From an uncultured Methanosarcinales archaeon (GTDB lineage: Archaea; Nanobdellota; Nanobdellia; Woesearchaeales; UBA9642), in contig CAZJFT010000002.1 of assembly GCA_964545585.1 (NCBI GenBank), positions 1 to 56,623 on the forward strand: a stretch of 56,623 nucleotides of DNA. The letters are read 5' to 3'. Under the pieces are notes generated by a model. That model was not told the origin of the DNA. It worked only from the letters and a program-made list of their open reading frames with translations, and did not search any database. This document shows positions 24,159-32,712 of the stretch, one piece after another (position 1 is the first letter of the stretch; the number at the start of each line of letters is the position of its first letter). Both the position numbers and the translations under genes were made by a program.

Positions 24159-27068
24159 ATGGATAGGCGAGAGATAAGAAAAAACGTGTACTCAGTCGGC
24201 GCAATAGATTGGGACAGGAGATATTTCGATGAGATAATATATCTTCCTGATGGCACAAGCTATAATTCTTACCTTATAATAGGAAGCGAAAAGACTGCAC
24301 TGATAGATACCGTCGACCCTACAAAGTCAGATTTGCTCGTCGAGAATCTTGCGGGCATACAAAAGATAGATTACATAATATCCAATCATGCCGAGCAGGA
24401 TCATTCAGGAAGCATACCTTTGATGCTTGAAATGTATCCTATGGCAAAAGTGGTATGCAATGATCTTGACAAGAAGATGCTTATGGATGAGCATGTAATA
24501 GATGAATCCAGATTCATTGTAATCAAGGATTATGAGACCCTTAGCTTAGGCGACAAGACATTACAGTTCATCTTCACCCCATGGGTCCATTGGCCTGAGA
24601 CGATGTGCACATATCTCATTGAGGACAAGATACTGTTCACATGCGATTTCTTCGGAAGCCATTTAGCGACTAGTGAGATGTATGCTGACATGCAATCAAT
24701 ATATCTGCCTGCCAAGAGGTATTATTCTGAGATAATGATGCCATTTGCGAGCATAATAGTAAAAAATCTTGAAAAAGTTAAGAAGCTTGATTTAGATGTC
24801 ATAGCGCCGAGCCATGGTCCAATGTATACTGATCCGAGATATCCTATAGGATTATATGATGATTGGACATCAAAAAATGTGAAGCCTAAGGCCGTAATAA
24901 TATATGTTTCAATGCATGGAAGCACAAGGAAGATGGTGCAATACTTGACCGCGCAACTGATGCGCAAAGGCATGATTGTCGAGGAATATAATGCTTTTGA
25001 TGCTGATGCGGGGAAGATAGCGATGGATCTTATCGACGCATCCACATTGATTGTTGCAAGCCCATCATTTCTTGGGGGATTGCATCCGAAGATAGCATCA
25101 ATAGTGTATCTTGCGAACTCATTGCATCCTAAGACAAGGATATTGGCATACATGGGCTCTTACGAGTGGGGCAGCAGTGTCATTGAACAAATAAAACAGA
25201 TGACGAGCAATTTCAATGCCCAAATGATAGACCCATTCCAGGTCAAGGGATTGATGAAACAGGACAAATATGGAATGATGGATGCATTCGCAGATTCTAT
25301 AATACAAAAAAATCTTGACCAAGGGATACTCAAAAAAGATGTCCATCATGAATCAATCCCCTATATCAAAGATGTGAAGATAGTCTTATGTGGAGAAGCA
25401 GGACAAGGAATTGATTCCATATCCGACTTCTTGACCAAATTGTTCAAAGATGAAGGATATAATATTTTTGCTACAAAAGAATACATGTCAAGAGTCCGCG
25501 GAGGAGAAAATTCTACAACTATACGGATAAGCTCGAGGCCTGTAGAAGGATACAGTGACAGCATAGACATCCTCATCCCATTGGACAAGGGAGCCATCGG
25601 GCACTTATCGAATAGGATATCAGAAAATACCATAATCATAGGAGACAAGTCGACAATCAATGATGTCCAGAAGAGTAAGTACAGGTTCTTTGACGTCCCG
25701 ATAATAGATATCGCATCGAGGACTGGTGCAAAGATATTCGCTAATACTGTGGCTGCAGGCGTAATCCTTGGGATGTTCAATGCAGATATAGAAAGATTCA
25801 ATGTGCTCTTAAGGAATAAATTTTCTGACAAACCACAGGATGTTATTGAAAAGAATATCACTGCAGCAAAAAGAGGATATGATGAGGGCCGAAGGATAAT
25901 CAGTGAGCATAAAGAACTGCTTGAAATGACACGAATAGACAAGGATCCTTCAGTCCATGACCAGATGCTGATGTATGGCGCTGAAAGCATCGGTCTTGGA
26001 GCGATCGCTGGCGGATGCAATTTCATCTCTGCATACCCTATGTCTCCATCGACAGGAGTATTGTCATATCTAGCATCTAAGAAAGATGATTTTGGCATAA
26101 TAGTAGAACAGGCAGAAGATGAGATATCAGCAATAAACATGGCCATCGGCGCATGGTATGCTGGCGCAAGGGCTATCGCTAACAGTTCAGGCGGAGGATT
26201 CGCACTCATGACAGAGGGGGTCAGTCTTGCAGGGATGATAGAGAGCCCATTAGTGATACACATTGCGCAAAGACCGGGTCCTGCTACAGGACTTCCCACC
26301 AGAACAGCTCAAGAGGATCTGGAATTAGCATTATATGCAGGGCATGGAGAATTCTGCAGGATAATATACGCTCCAGGGAATGCATTGCAAGGGTTTTATT
26401 TGACTCAAAAAGCATTCAATATGGCAGCAAAATATCAGATTCCGGTATTTGTATTGACCGACCAATACTTCATGGACACATTGCATAACGTTGCACCGAT
26501 TGATGTAAACGGGATAGTCGTCGAGGAACATATAATTGAGACTCCTGAAGTGTATCAAAGATATAAGATGACTGACAATGGGATAACACCAAGAGGAATT
26601 CCGGGATACGGGAAAGGATTTGTATGTGTAGATAGCGATGAGCATGATGAATCAGGCCATATAACAGAGAGCATGGATGTCAGGAATATCATGATGGAAA
26701 AGAGACATAAGCGATATGATGCATTAGTTGAAGAATCATTGATGCCTTCCATGTTTGGAGGAGAAAATTATTCCATCCTCATAATCAGTTGGGGCACCAC
26801 ATTTGGAAGCGTCAAGGAGGCTGTGCAGAAGATTGACAGGAACGATATCATGTATATGCATTTCTCCCAAGTCTATCCTTTACATCCGAAGACTGCTTCA
26901 TGGATTAGGAAAGCGAGAAAGACTATTGTCGTAGAGAACAATTCTACAGGACAATTCTCTAAACTTATAAGGAGAGAGACAGGGTTGGATACTTATAAGA
27001 TACTGAAAGATGATGGGATGCCTTTCAGTGTCGAAGAATTGATGGGAAAGATATTGAAAATGGCATGA
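24159..27068 (+). CDS. Fusion protein: flavodiiron protein (metallo-beta-lactamase + flavodoxin domains) joined to the 2-oxoacid:ferredoxin oxidoreductase gamma-alpha (KorA-type) subunit
   Basis: Residues 1-395 carry NHAEQDH, WVHW, CDFFGSH, APSHG and IIYVSMHGSTRKM. Residues 405-969 carry KIVLCGEAGQG, RVRGGE, SAYPMSPSTG and GGGFALMTEG. Single uninterrupted frame. Confidence 0.85.
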   Translation: MDRREIRKNVYSVGAIDWDRRYFDEIIYLPDGTSYNSYLIIGSEKTALIDTVDPTKSDLLVENLAGIQKIDYIISNHAEQDHSGSIPLMLEMYPMAKVVCNDLDKKMLMDEHVIDESRFIVIKDYETLSLGDKTLQFIFTPWVHWPETMCTYLIEDKILFTCDFFGSHLATSEMYADMQSIYLPAKRYYSEIMMPFASIIVKNLEKVKKLDLDVIAPSHGPMYTDPRYPIGLYDDWTSKNVKPKAVIIYVSMHGSTRKMVQYLTAQLMRKGMIVEEYNAFDADAGKIAMDLIDASTLIVASPSFLGGLHPKIASIVYLANSLHPKTRILAYMGSYEWGSSVIEQIKQMTSNFNAQMIDPFQVKGLMKQDKYGMMDAFADSIIQKNLDQGILKKDVHHESIPYIKDVKIVLCGEAGQGIDSISDFLTKLFKDEGYNIFATKEYMSRVRGGENSTTIRISSRPVEGYSDSIDILIPLDKGAIGHLSNRISENTIIIGDKSTINDVQKSKYRFFDVPIIDIASRTGAKIFANTVAAGVILGMFNADIERFNVLLRNKFSDKPQDVIEKNITAAKRGYDEGRRIISEHKELLEMTRIDKDPSVHDQMLMYGAESIGLGAIAGGCNFISAYPMSPSTGVLSYLASKKDDFGIIVEQAEDEISAINMAIGAWYAGARAIANSSGGGFALMTEGVSLAGMIESPLVIHIAQRPGPATGLPTRTAQEDLELALYAGHGEFCRIIYAPGNALQGFYLTQKAFNMAAKYQIPVFVLTDQYFMDTLHNVAPIDVNGIVVEEHIIETPEVYQRYKMTDNGITPRGIPGYGKGFVCVDSDEHDESGHITESMDVRNIMMEKRHKRYDALVEESLMPSMFGGENYSILIISWGTTFGSVKEAVQKIDRNDIMYMHFSQVYPLHPKTASWIRKARKTIVVENNSTGQFSKLIRRETGLDTYKILKDDGMPFSVEELMGKILKMA

Positions 27069-27090
27069 TGAGGAGTGTTGAACAGATAAA

Positions 27091-28632
27091 ATGACATTTG
27101 AGATCGATCATAAGGATATAGCATGGTGTCCTGGATGCGGGAATTTCAGCATCATCGCGATAGTTAAGAAAGCATTGGAAGAGCTGGCGCTTGACCCGAA
27201 GAATGTTGTTCTAGTCTCAGGCATCGGGCAGGCAGCGAAGCTTCCACAGTACTTGAATACTAATTATTTCAATGGATTGCATGGGAGGGCGCTCCCCCCA
27301 GCGACTGCTATAAAAGTAGCCAACCCGAACCTTCAAGTCATAGTCACTAGCGGTGACGGTGATATGTATGGTGAAGGTGGGAATCATTTCATACATGCTA
27401 TAAGAAGAAATCCTAACATCACAGTCATTGTGCATAATAATATGGTGTATGGTCTGACGAAAGGACAGGCAAGCCCGACGAGCCAGAAAGGCATGAAGAC
27501 CCCTGTGCAGATATCTGGAGTATTCCTTGAGCCATTCAATCCTATTGCCGTGGCTGTAGCGCTTGATGCATCATTCGTCGCCAGGACTACAGTGAATGAC
27601 TTGGAGCATGCAAAAGATATAGTGAAGAAAGCAATATTGCATAAAGGATTTGCTTTGGTGGACATATTCCAGCCTTGCGTCACATTCAATAAAATAAATA
27701 CATATGACTGGTACAAGGAGCATTCTTATTATCTTGAGAATGAATTCGATCCTCATAATAAGGGATGGGCATTCGCTAAGGCAATAGAGACTGAGAAGAT
27801 GCCGTTAGGGATAATATATCTCAATGAGAAGCCAGTGTTTGATGAAATGATAGGCACTTATGATAATGATAAGAATCCGTTGTTCAAGAGGAAACTTGAC
27901 AGGGAGAAATTGAAATCATTAATCGGCAAGAAGAACATTTTTGCTGTAAGAGTCATCAGCATAAATAAAGAGACTCATGATGTTTTCACGATAACTACAG
28001 AGAAGCCATTCTCATTCATCCCAGGCCAGTATGTTATGATAGGTAATGGAAAGAATATAAACAAGAAGGATTCCATACCTATAACTATAGCCAGTTCTCC
28101 TGAAGAGAGCGTATTAAGATTCACCATAAAAGATTTAGGAGGATACAGCAGGGAACTCATCAATTCCAAGCCCGGGGACATATTCACTATAAGCAGGCCT
28201 GTCGGCGAATCATACAATTTTGATGTAGCAAAAAATTATGTCATGCTATCTGGAGGCTCAGGCGTAACACCATTCCTAAGCATACTTCGGCACGTCAAAG
28301 ACACAGGTTTGAAGAATAATATAATAGTGATAAACAGCAACTGCTCATACAATGACATAATATGCAGGGAGGAGCTTGATGCATTAAGCAAGGACAATAT
28401 CTATATAATGAATGCACTTGACAGATATGATGATGAGTGGAAAGGGGAGAGAGGATACATCAATAAGGACATGATACTTCGTTACGTCAATAAGGATAGG
28501 CTTAATGAGTATACATGGATGCTGTGCGGACCTCCAGGAATGGTTAATTCTCTAGAGAAGACATTGAAGGAACTCGGAGTGAAGGATATAAGGAGAGATA
28601 ATTGGGAGATAGCAGCGAAGTGCGAGAGATGA
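27091..28632 (+). CDS. Fusion protein: OFOR beta (KorB-type TPP/[4Fe-4S]) subunit joined to a ferredoxin-NADP-reductase-like FAD/NAD(P)-binding module
   Basis: Residues 1-280 carry [31 protein letters not shown] and FQPCVTFN. Residues 285-513 carry [18 protein letters not shown] and LCGPPGM. Confidence 0.85.
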   Translation: MTFEIDHKDIAWCPGCGNFSIIAIVKKALEELALDPKNVVLVSGIGQAAKLPQYLNTNYFNGLHGRALPPATAIKVANPNLQVIVTSGDGDMYGEGGNHFIHAIRRNPNITVIVHNNMVYGLTKGQASPTSQKGMKTPVQISGVFLEPFNPIAVAVALDASFVARTTVNDLEHAKDIVKKAILHKGFALVDIFQPCVTFNKINTYDWYKEHSYYLENEFDPHNKGWAFAKAIETEKMPLGIIYLNEKPVFDEMIGTYDNDKNPLFKRKLDREKLKSLIGKKNIFAVRVISINKETHDVFTITTEKPFSFIPGQYVMIGNGKNINKKDSIPITIASSPEESVLRFTIKDLGGYSRELINSKPGDIFTISRPVGESYNFDVAKNYVMLSGGSGVTPFLSILRHVKDTGLKNNIIVINSNCSYNDIICREELDALSKDNIYIMNALDRYDDEWKGERGYINKDMILRYVNKDRLNEYTWMLCGPPGMVNSLEKTLKELGVKDIRRDNWEIAAKCER

Positions 28633-28657
28633 TAAATCTCAATTAATAGAATATTTC

Positions 28658-28912
28658 TTAGAATCGTATCTTTACCGTGCCAGATTTTATCTTGCATTGG
28701 CACATAGACCTGTAATTGCCGTCAAAATTGAGCTCTAATTCGCGGTCGTTCTTCGGCTCAAGATTTTCCATGCCCTCAACGACCTCTACCTTGCACGTGC
28801 CGCACACACCCTGCCTGCATCCGAAAGGCACGCCTAACTCTTCTGCAGCATTCATTGTTGGTGAGCCATCTGGAAGCTCGACCTCTTTGCTATCAGTTTT
28901 TAGTATTGCCAT
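28658..28912 (-). CDS. Plant-type [2Fe-2S] ferredoxin (84 aa)
   Basis: C32-x4-C37-x2-C40 ... C71 (GCRQGVCGTCKV ... SMCQC). Confidence 0.85.
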   Translation of the reverse strand: MAILKTDSKEVELPDGSPTMNAAEELGVPFGCRQGVCGTCKVEVVEGMENLEPKNDRELELNFDGNYRSMCQCKIKSGTVKIRF

Positions 28913-28951
28913 GATAAAAAAAATAAAGAAAGTGATATATAAAATTACCGA

Positions 28952-29791
28952 TTAGTTAAGGCCGCCTAGGTCGCCTACTAATTGTATCATTTGTTTAGGT
29001 TTCGAAATTATATAATCAGGATTTGCCTTCCTCAATCGCTCCTCAGACTCATAACCCCAAGTGACGGCAACTACAGCAATATCATAATATGCATCAGCAA
29101 ACTTCACTTTTCGATAAGAATCGACGCCTGTTTTAGTGTCTTCGAAAGCGAGTATCCTATGAGGATGAATGCCTAGACGTAAACATGCGAGCATGGAAGA
29201 GTATCCATTGGGCTTTTCGAGGCTTTTGACGATATCCTCTTTCAATATTGTCTTCAGTGCCGCAAAATCATCGAACCTGATGCCTTTTTTCTTAGCCTCT
29301 CCATTTGTGACATACTCATAAATATCGTTCTTTGTGACTATGCTATCAACAAGATTCGTCAAACCTGCTTTTTCCAACGGTAATTCTACATCAGGCCAAG
29401 ATTTTGTTGTGTTATACGCTATCCTTAGTGCCGTCGTTCTTCCATTATGCACTCTGCTGCGTTTATGTATATTTTTAATTACGCTCGGAATACCAAGTAT
29501 CGGAAGTATCTCGACTGTCCTATTATACTTAGTGAACTCAGGCCATATCTTTGCAGCATGTTTTTCAAAATCAACACCTATCATGGTGTACAATCCTCTC
29601 ATACCATGATTCTCATAATGATCATTATATTCTTCTAAGAATTCTGGACAAAATTTCTGCCATTTGAAATGTCCTTCAAATGTATCGGCAGCATATTTCA
29701 ACCAATTGAACTGCGGAACCATGCTATTAAGGAAAGTCCCATCAATATCACAAATAATGCCTTGAATAGGTGTGTCTCTAACGTCTATCAT
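28952..29791 (-). CDS. HAD-superfamily hydrolase
   Basis: ICDIDGTFLN (DxDGT motif) and a late FEDTKTGVDS. Confidence 0.7.
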   Translation of the reverse strand: MIDVRDTPIQGIICDIDGTFLNSMVPQFNWLKYAADTFEGHFKWQKFCPEFLEEYNDHYENHGMRGLYTMIGVDFEKHAAKIWPEFTKYNRTVEILPILGIPSVIKNIHKRSRVHNGRTTALRIAYNTTKSWPDVELPLEKAGLTNLVDSIVTKNDIYEYVTNGEAKKKGIRFDDFAALKTILKEDIVKSLEKPNGYSSMLACLRLGIHPHRILAFEDTKTGVDSYRKVKFADAYYDIAVVAVTWGYESEERLRKANPDYIISKPKQMIQLVGDLGGLN

Positions 29792-29879
29792 TTGTCCCCC
29801 TTACACACCTCTTTTTTGACTTAACGGGCCATGGACAATCTCATTTCATTCGAAGCCCCATGTCCGTTCGCTTCGCTCA

Positions 29880-29953
29880 CGGGCCATGGGAGATTTGAAC
29901 TCCCGACCAACAGATTAAGAGTCTGCTGCGCTACCAGGCTGCGCTAATGGCCC
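29880..29953 (-). tRNA. tRNA-Lys(CTT)
   Basis: Acceptor GGGCCAT/ATGGCCC, anticodon arm GCAGA-CTCTTAA-TCTGT, T arm GGGAG-TTCAAAT-CTCCC. Confidence 0.88.
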
Positions 29954-29997
29954 AAATTGTTTTAGGATTAAAACACTTTTTTTAAATTTATTGTTAT

Positions 29998-30079
29998 CGC
30001 CCGGACCCGGATTTGAACCGGGAAACCTTTCGGAACCGGCTCTCAAGGCCGGCGCAGTACCAGATTGTGCCATCCGGGC
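29998..30079 (-). tRNA. tRNA-Ser(TGA), intronless, with a long variable arm
   Basis: Acceptor GCCCGGA/TCCGGGC, anticodon arm CCGGC-CTTGAGA-GCCGG, variable arm TTCCGAAAGGTTTCC. Confidence 0.9.
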
Positions 30080-30103
30080 ATCGTTTGAAGAAAAAAAGTT
30101 TGA

Positions 30104-30111
30104 TTTATAAA
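30104..30111. promoter_or_regulatory. Palindromic TATA box TTTATAAA shared by tRNA-Ser(TGA) (25 nt on the minus side) and a leaderless small ORF (22 nt on the plus side)
   Basis: Exact octamer with symmetric spacing to both divergent genes. Confidence 0.55.
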
Positions 30112-30132
30112 GTTTCAGATAATGCTAATAGT

Positions 30133-30357
30133 ATGAAGAGAAAATATGACCCGTCACATAAGGATTTCATGCTTCCATTCTTGCTGTTAATCCTCGGGAC
30201 TGTAATGATGTATTCAACTTTATGGATAGATATTTCGGCATTACGTGCAATCCTTATAGTTTCAGGAATAATATTAATATTGTATGGTGTTACGCGGATA
30301 ATACGCATTTTCCTAAAGATATTTCTCCAGGAGATGAAGGATTGGTTAATTATTTAG
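30133..30357 (+). CDS. Small membrane protein (74 aa)
   Basis: Track ORF trimmed so it no longer overlaps the tRNA. Two TM helices. Confidence 0.5.
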   Translation: MKRKYDPSHKDFMLPFLLLILGTVMMYSTLWIDISALRAILIVSGIILILYGVTRIIRIFLKIFLQEMKDWLII

Positions 30358-30688
30358 AATAAGATCTTGATCCGGAATAATTAGCATTGCTGCTTTTTTT
30401 TGAAGAGTTAGCATAAGAAAGAGTAAAATTCAGACCGGAATAAGGAGTGGATGGATTTCGATATAGGGTCATCGATTTTCCTTTGTTGTATGAATCCTTC
30501 AATTTTGAATATCTTCCAGCCACGAATGAAAGGAATGACTTATAGGTGTCTGAAACTTTTTTTGCGGAAGATTTTTCTGACTTAATGGATTTTTCCAATT
30601 CTGAATCCTCGTCTAATCTTCCATCTAATGAGCACATTTCACAAATTACAAGGAATGAATCTTTCCCACATTTTATGCATTTGCGCAT
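30350..30688 (-). CDS. Hypothetical protein with an N-terminal CxxC..CxxC zinc ribbon and a Ser/Lys-rich tail
   Basis: MRKCIKCGKDSFLVICEMC. Confidence 0.45.
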   Translation of the reverse strand: MRKCIKCGKDSFLVICEMCSLDGRLDEDSELEKSIKSEKSSAKKVSDTYKSFLSFVAGRYSKLKDSYNKGKSMTLYRNPSTPYSGLNFTLSYANSSKKSSNANYSGSRSYSK

Positions 30689-30783
30689 ATTATATGATAT
30701 GGATATTCCTTTAAGAACATTGCTATAAAAAAACCGGAAGATTTACGGAAATATTAATAAATACGTCTCAGATTACTATATTA

Positions 30784-31128
30784 ATGCGACAAATTCCACA
30801 ATTATTAAAAAAGACAGGCATCAGCCAGGATTATTCCAACCAATACGTGGCTTTAATACAGCACTTTAACAAAAACAACATCTCTAAGGTCATTGAAATA
30901 ATAAATAAGAGGAGTGTAAAAAAATACGCAGAGTTATTTCCTCCTGACGAATATATTCATGATTACGATGAAAAAATCAAGAGAAAGATTGAAGCACTCG
31001 ATGAGTTTGCCAAGATAATGAATAAAGATTTTTCTTCTGAAGAGACTTTTGATAAAGAAAGATTTAAGGAAATAATAAATGAAGTTTATGGGATAATATA
31101 TGGAGAAGAAAGGAAGATATATCAATAA
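30784..31128 (+). CDS. Hypothetical protein (114 aa)
   Basis: ORF only. Confidence 0.45.
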   Translation: MRQIPQLLKKTGISQDYSNQYVALIQHFNKNNISKVIEIINKRSVKKYAELFPPDEYIHDYDEKIKRKIEALDEFAKIMNKDFSSEETFDKERFKEIINEVYGIIYGEERKIYQ

Positions 31129-31135
31129 TTAAAAC

Positions 31136-31254
31136 TGTGGGTGGCGAGATTTGAACTCGCGACTTCCACGTTACCCAATTCATTGCCCATTGCTGGACTC
31201 ATCGCTCAAAGCGTTTATGAGCGTGGCAATCTAACCAGGCTGAGTTACACCCAC
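31136..31254 (-). tRNA. tRNA with a CAT anticodon (elongator Met or Ile2) and an intron of about 44 nt at 37/38
   Basis: Acceptor GTGGGTG/CACCCAC, anticodon stem CCACG/CGTGG enclosing CTCATA + intron + A, T arm GCGAG-TTCAAAT-CTCGC. Confidence 0.8.
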
Positions 31255-31280
31255 GTAACGATTTTAGAAAAAAATATTGC

Positions 31281-31288
31281 TTTATAAA
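31281..31288 (-). promoter_or_regulatory. TATA box TTTATAAA, 27 nt upstream of tRNA(CAT)
   Basis: Exact octamer. Confidence 0.55.
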
Positions 31289-31289
31289 G

Positions 31290-32288
31290 TTATGCCTGCT
31301 CTTCTGCCTTCTCTTCTAATGATTTTAAGTATTTCAGTGTCTTTTCGCATATCTCTTTAGCTTCTTTGTGGTATTCTGTAACTGGATCCTTGTCGTTTCT
31401 TGCAAGCACTTCAAGCACTGTATCTCCTAGTTTCCTGAATACTGGAAGTTTTCCTATGTGTAGCTTCACTACATCTGTCTCTTTCTGCTCCATTTGAAGA
31501 AGCTTGTCCATTATGTTATGAAGCACTCCCTGCAGCTTATGTTTCTCTTCATCCTTGAATTCTGCCGTTATCTCTGAGAATGCATTATACCATTCGGGAT
31601 CGATCTTTAATTTATCCCTTACTTCTGGAGATGCACCTCTCTTGTCTGAATATACCCTTCCTATGACGAAGTTTATCGCCTTGCATTTGTCCTCTATACC
31701 TCTTAATGTAACATTAAAGTTCTCTTTTGAAACTACAAGCTCTTTAGCTGCCTGCAATTCCTCTTTTGCCTCGTCAAGTTTTGTATGCGCATCTTCTAGC
31801 GTCTTCTTTGTATGATGTAATTGTTCTTTTACTGAATCGAGCTCTTGCTTTAATGCGTGGACGTGATGCGCTTGATGTTCATGCTCAATCTCTTTTTGAT
31901 GTGCCTTGCGCTCTTCTCTCCGTTCACGCATCTTATCTGCACCCTTCCCTACGCCGATTATTAACAATATGAAGATGTTTATCACGTATGATATCAATAT
32001 GTTTATCACAGCCACAGCAGGGCCGTCTGTCATGTTGAGCACCTTGAATGTCTTGGTGTACCATATCGCAAGGAATATCAATGGGAATATTACTGGCATG
32101 ATCCATAATAGTATCGCATCAACTTCTATCCTCAACAAATAAAATAAAGATATTATGAACAACAACAGCGGTAATGTCGCGACGAACACTATGAATATGC
32201 TTGTCTCTGTCAAAAGCGACAATAATAGAAGCGTTCCGACGTATAATATTGTAGCCACAGCCATAGCTGCATTCTCAACAATTCTCAT
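31290..32288 (-). CDS. Membrane protein with 4 N-terminal TM helices, a His-rich linker and a long cytoplasmic coiled coil
   Basis: 332 aa, with HQKEIEHEHQAHHVH. Confidence 0.6.
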   Translation of the reverse strand: MRIVENAAMAVATILYVGTLLLLSLLTETSIFIVFVATLPLLLFIISLFYLLRIEVDAILLWIMPVIFPLIFLAIWYTKTFKVLNMTDGPAVAVINILISYVINIFILLIIGVGKGADKMRERREERKAHQKEIEHEHQAHHVHALKQELDSVKEQLHHTKKTLEDAHTKLDEAKEELQAAKELVVSKENFNVTLRGIEDKCKAINFVIGRVYSDKRGASPEVRDKLKIDPEWYNAFSEITAEFKDEEKHKLQGVLHNIMDKLLQMEQKETDVVKLHIGKLPVFRKLGDTVLEVLARNDKDPVTEYHKEAKEICEKTLKYLKSLEEKAEEQA

Positions 32289-32310
32289 ATTTATATCATA
32301 GAAAGAGCGA

Positions 32311-32318
32311 TTTATAAA
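32311..32318 (-). promoter_or_regulatory. TATA box TTTATAAA, 23 nt upstream of the ATG at 32288 (leaderless)
   Basis: Exact octamer. Confidence 0.55.
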
Positions 32319-32322
32319 TGTT

Positions 32323-32712
32323 TTATTTTTTAGTCAGTTTTTCATGCATTTCCTGTAATTCTTCTTTAGTAGCAGACTTTGACTTGCATGGATCTAGATC
32401 ATTGACATTGTTTATTGGAACTAGATGGAGATGGAGATGTGGTACAGAAATGCCTTCAATTGCTAATCCGACTCTGGAAGCGCCTGTCGCGCTCTTGATT
32501 TTAGAGGATAACATTTTTGCTATCAACATTATCTCAATATAATCCTTATTATTATAATCGAATACATAATTATGATGTTTCTTAGGTATTAATAATGTAT
32601 GTCCGGGAAATATTGGGTTTATATCCAGGAATGCATAGAATTTATCATCTTCCCACACCTTATACGATGGAATCTCTCCCTTGATTATCTTACAGAATAT
32701 ACATTCGCTCAT
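32323..32712 (-). CDS. HIT (histidine triad) family protein
   Basis: CIFCKII.GEIP and HLHLHLVP. Confidence 0.9.
   Translation of the reverse strand: MSECIFCKIIKGEIPSYKVWEDDKFYAFLDINPIFPGHTLLIPKKHHNYVFDYNNKDYIEIMLIAKMLSSKIKSATGASRVGLAIEGISVPHLHLHLVPINNVNDLDPCKSKSATKEELQEMHEKLTKK

Noticed and set aside
25361-26299. 312-aa minus-strand ORF, with others at 24722..25153 and 26331..26645
   Set aside because: These are antisense to the FDP-OFOR fusion gene, whose domains are recognisable along its whole length.
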